A stretch of DNA of 63,058 bases, counting the filler, from Hyphochytrium catenoides (Eukaryota; Protista; Hyphochytriomycota), in NCBI GenBank assembly GCA_900088475.1. It is 6 parts of 6 records of this genome, joined end to end, with 100 filler letters (N's around TTAATTAATTAA, not from the genome) between each part and the next. Parts side by side here need not be neighbours in the genome. Positions count along the whole stretch, not along the records: positions 60,133 to 63,058 come from FLMG01002067.1; 5 more parts are not named here. One strand, written 5' to 3'. Positions 60,133-63,058 of this stretch are shown here, piece by piece; position 1 is the first letter of the stretch, and every line of letters starts with the position of its first letter. The translations under genes were made by a program, and so were the position numbers. The notes below the pieces were generated by a model. It was not told the DNA's origin. It worked only from the letters and a program-made list of their open reading frames with translations, and did not search any database.

Positions 60133-63058
60133 TGCCGTCAGACTCCAACACCTCCCCGCAGCTCGAACTCCCTCTTGTAAAGGGTCGAAGCTGAACCTTC
60201 AACATCATAATGAGAAGTCAGTGCGGTGGTTTTCACCAATACCAAGTCGCCCGTCCGGAAGGAGCCTCTCTATGGTGTTTGTTGGCTTGAGGGGCTTGGT
60301 CTTGCTGAGCTATCCGTAGGTTGTCGTTGCGCGTTTGAGAGATAGATCCAGGGTTCGTGTGAAGTCTTCTACAGCAAGCAGCACCGTAGGAACTAGGAGG
60401 TCTAATGGTACCCTGGGTTTTGGCCGGTGTCACGCTCAAAAGGAGAAAAGCCTGTTGAGGTCTGTGTAGCGTTGTTAATGGCAAATTCCGCGCCTGCTAG
60501 CAGGTCGTCCCCGTTGTCCATTTCATAGTTGACATAGGCCCTGAGCATCTGTTCCAGAGTAAGGTTTCTCAGTCTGTCCATCATTTTGGAGGTGTTGGGC
60601 CGAAGAGAGAGCCATTTTGGTCCCCACGAGAGCGAAGAGATGGGCTAATGAAGCGGGGGTCGCAGTCAGATACAACTGAGGTGGGGGCCCCTGATGTCTA
60701 AACACGTGATTGAAGAATAATTGTGCCGTTTCACGGGCGCTTGTGTTTGAGTTGCAATGAGGATCACGCGCTTGGACAGCCTATCCACGACCACTAATAA
60801 TGCATCGTGTCTTCGCTTAGTACGGGGTAATTCCATAATAAAGTCTACGAGACGGAGTCCCAGTGACGAAGAGGGATAGGCAGGGGCGGTAGAAGCTGGG
60901 TTGCTTGGGTCGAAGGCTTGGTCCCTTGACATACGGGCATCTAGGGATGTAGTTCCTGATAAAGCTGTCCTTCTGGGCCAGTAAAAGAGGCGTTGTGCCT
61001 GGTGATACGTCTTCAGAAAGCCCAAGTGACCAGCTGTGGGTGAGCCGTGTAGCTCATGAAGTAGTTGGGCTCGTATCTTCACGTCGTTCGGTACACAAAG
61101 TCGTCAGGAGGTTCCCTAGGCTAGTTTCAACAGCCCTGATGGTTGTAGAGCATAAGTGTCACGGCGGTATTGGGCTGGCAGCTCTTGTTTTTGTTTCAGG
61201 CAGTGTACAATGTTGTTGAAGACAGGGTCGTGTTCATATGCTGCTATGAGGGCTTTTCGGAGTGCTGGGTCGATGGCGAGGGCAATAAGGTCGCAAATAT
61301 TCCGCCAACCAGGGAGATGGGGGCGGGTTGAGCCAAGTCCGGTTGCCGGGACAGAGCGCCGGGGCGGTAGGTGATGTCGAAGTCGTAGTTGCGAGGAATC
61401 CCAACGATCTGGTGAGACGTCTAGAGAGCTTCTTCTGGGTGAAGAGGGACTGCAGGGTGTGGTGGTGGTCAGTCTCAACAACAAAGTGTGAGCCGTGCAG
61501 ATATACATCGAATTCTTCTAACCCCAGGATTGTCGCCAGTAGTTCTTGTTCACGGGTACTATAGTTTTGTTGAGCCGAGTTGAATTGCTTGGAAGCGTAG
61601 GCCACAGGTCTGGCTTCGCCGTTGGTATTGGATGTAGAATCCGGTAGTATGGACGGCAGTCCTTATACTGTCCTCTCAGCTTCTAACTCTTTCTAGTTGC
61701 TGAGATAATATCGCCATTACAAGATAGCATAGTTAGTTGCTAGTATTATCTATGGCAATTAGACCACCATCTAAATGGGTGGCTGTGAGGCATCCAAGTC
61801 CTCGGATGCGGATAAGGCCGCATCTTCTGGTCCGGCCGCCACTTCATTCTAATCTCACTTTCCAATTTCCCAAGTACCCCACAAGTCAACATCTAAGAGT
61901 TGGAGTCGTCTTGAAGGAGTACTGCGCCGTAAGCATACTGGGAAGCATCTGTCTGGATACGAATGGGTAAGCTGGGCCAAAGATGCGTAGCACAGGGGCA
62001 GTCGTGAGTGCTTCCTTGAGGCCTCGAAAGCGTCTTGGTGGTTGTTCTTCAGGAGAAAAGTCGCTGTTCGCCGCGAGTCAGTAGTGTGAGGGGTATCGTG
62101 AGTGAGGCGTAGTCCTTATGAATCGCCGACAGAAGTTGGTGAGGCCGAGGAAGCTCTGGAGCTCCTTCACGCTGCGCGGCACTGGATACTCAATTACTGC
62201 TGCCGTCTTGCTGGGACTCACTTCAATGCCTTGGTGAGAGACCGTGTGACCCAGGAAGGTCAGGGTGTTGTGAAAGAACTGGTACTTCTCCCGTTTAGCG
62301 GATAGTGCGTTTTCACGGAGCTTAGTGAGTACTTGCTGTAAGTGGTCGATATGTTCTTCAGGGGTTTTGGAGAACACTAGGATGTCATCTAGGTAGACCA
62401 ACACGAATTTGCCTACCAGCTTGCCGAAAATAGAGTTCATTATGCGCATGAAGTGTGCGGGGGCGTTCGCCAAGCCGAAAGGTAAGACCCGAAACTCGTA
62501 TTGGCCAAATCTCGTTCGGAAGCTGTCTTGTGGATATCGCCCTTCTAGACTCTCAGTTGGTTATAAGCAGCTCTTAGGTCCAAGGAACTGAATACTTGTG
62601 ATCCAAGAAGTGTATCCAGTAGTTCAGAGATGTTTGGGAGGGGGAATTGGTCTCGAATGATGAGCTTATTTAGTCCGCGATAGTCCACACAGAGTCTAAG
62701 ACTTCCGTCCAGTTTTCGAATGAAGAGAACTGGTGCACCATAAGGCGACTGGGAAGGACGGATGTTGCCATGGCCTAGGAGAATTTGTAGTTGTCGCTCT
62801 AGTTCTTCACGTTCTGCGACGGAGGTAGGAAATGGTGCCCGTGAGACAGTGTTGTACCAGGTTTCAGACGGATCTGAAAGTCGCCTCCACTGCGTGTGGG
62901 CGGGAGTCCAGCGGGCAGCTAGCTCCTGAGGGAAGACATCTGCGAAAGTCGGTAGAATTTTGTTGTGAAAGTGGTGAAAATAGTTCTGGGTCTTAGTCTG
63001 TAAGGGCGAAGATGTTGAACTGTGATCGACGCTGAAACCAAAAAGTGTACAGCGGACG
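60133..63058 (-). mobile_element. Degenerate Ty3/gypsy LTR retrotransposon pol (RT-RNase H-integrase), many frameshifts
   Basis: SPYGAPVLFIRK, LRLCVDYRGLNK, PFGLANAP, VYLDDILVFS, LQSFLGLTNF, TDAS, VAYASK...NYSTREQELLA, HGSPTAGHLG, DFIMELP, VVVDRLSK, DGQTE; the order RT-RH-IN indicates gypsy. Confidence 0.95.
61633..61899. mobile_element. Solo-LTR-like insertion nested in the gypsy RNase H domain
   Basis: TGTAG...CAACA (61633-61891) plus 8 nt, flanked by TTGGA direct repeats (61628-61632, 61900-61904); excision restores LQDDSNTNGEARPVAYASK in frame. Confidence 0.8.

Overview
Eukaryotic, intron-rich, (GA/TC)-microsatellite-rich DNA in the standard genetic code. It is probably from a stramenopile (oomycete/labyrinthulomycete-like; inferred from a transmembrane PX/PH-type PLD and a GTHNS-type secreted PLC-X protein). 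The window is not continuous: five N-TTAATTAATTAA-N linkers (22582, 34330, 49875, 58150, 60077) join six scaffolds. Scaffold 1 (1-22.5 kb): an uninterpretable GA/TC-rich first 6 kb, a probable pyridoxal kinase-HAD phosphatase fusion gene, a LAMMER/CLK kinase, a FAM151/menorin-like protein, a classical protein tyrosine phosphatase and a SAP-domain SARNP/Tho1-like gene. Scaffold 2: an E2F and a phospholipase D with two TM helices and a DysF-like insert. Scaffold 3 (34386-49830): bounded by ~1.1-kb inverted copies of an unknown repeat whose outer ~350 nt fold into long hairpins retained in both copies. It contains a decayed Ty1/copia, a secreted PLC-like phosphodiesterase, a type II membrane protein and diverged ~0.6-kb subrepeats. 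Scaffold 4: an intronless HRI1-like gene. Scaffold 5: exons of an acyl-CoA-binding domain followed by a FAD-binding oxidase domain. Scaffold 6: a decayed Ty3/gypsy pol interrupted by a solo-LTR-like insert with a 5-bp TSD. Best leads: the structured terminal repeat, the PdxK-HAD fusion, the ACBP-FAD oxidase fusion and the TM/DysF-PLD.
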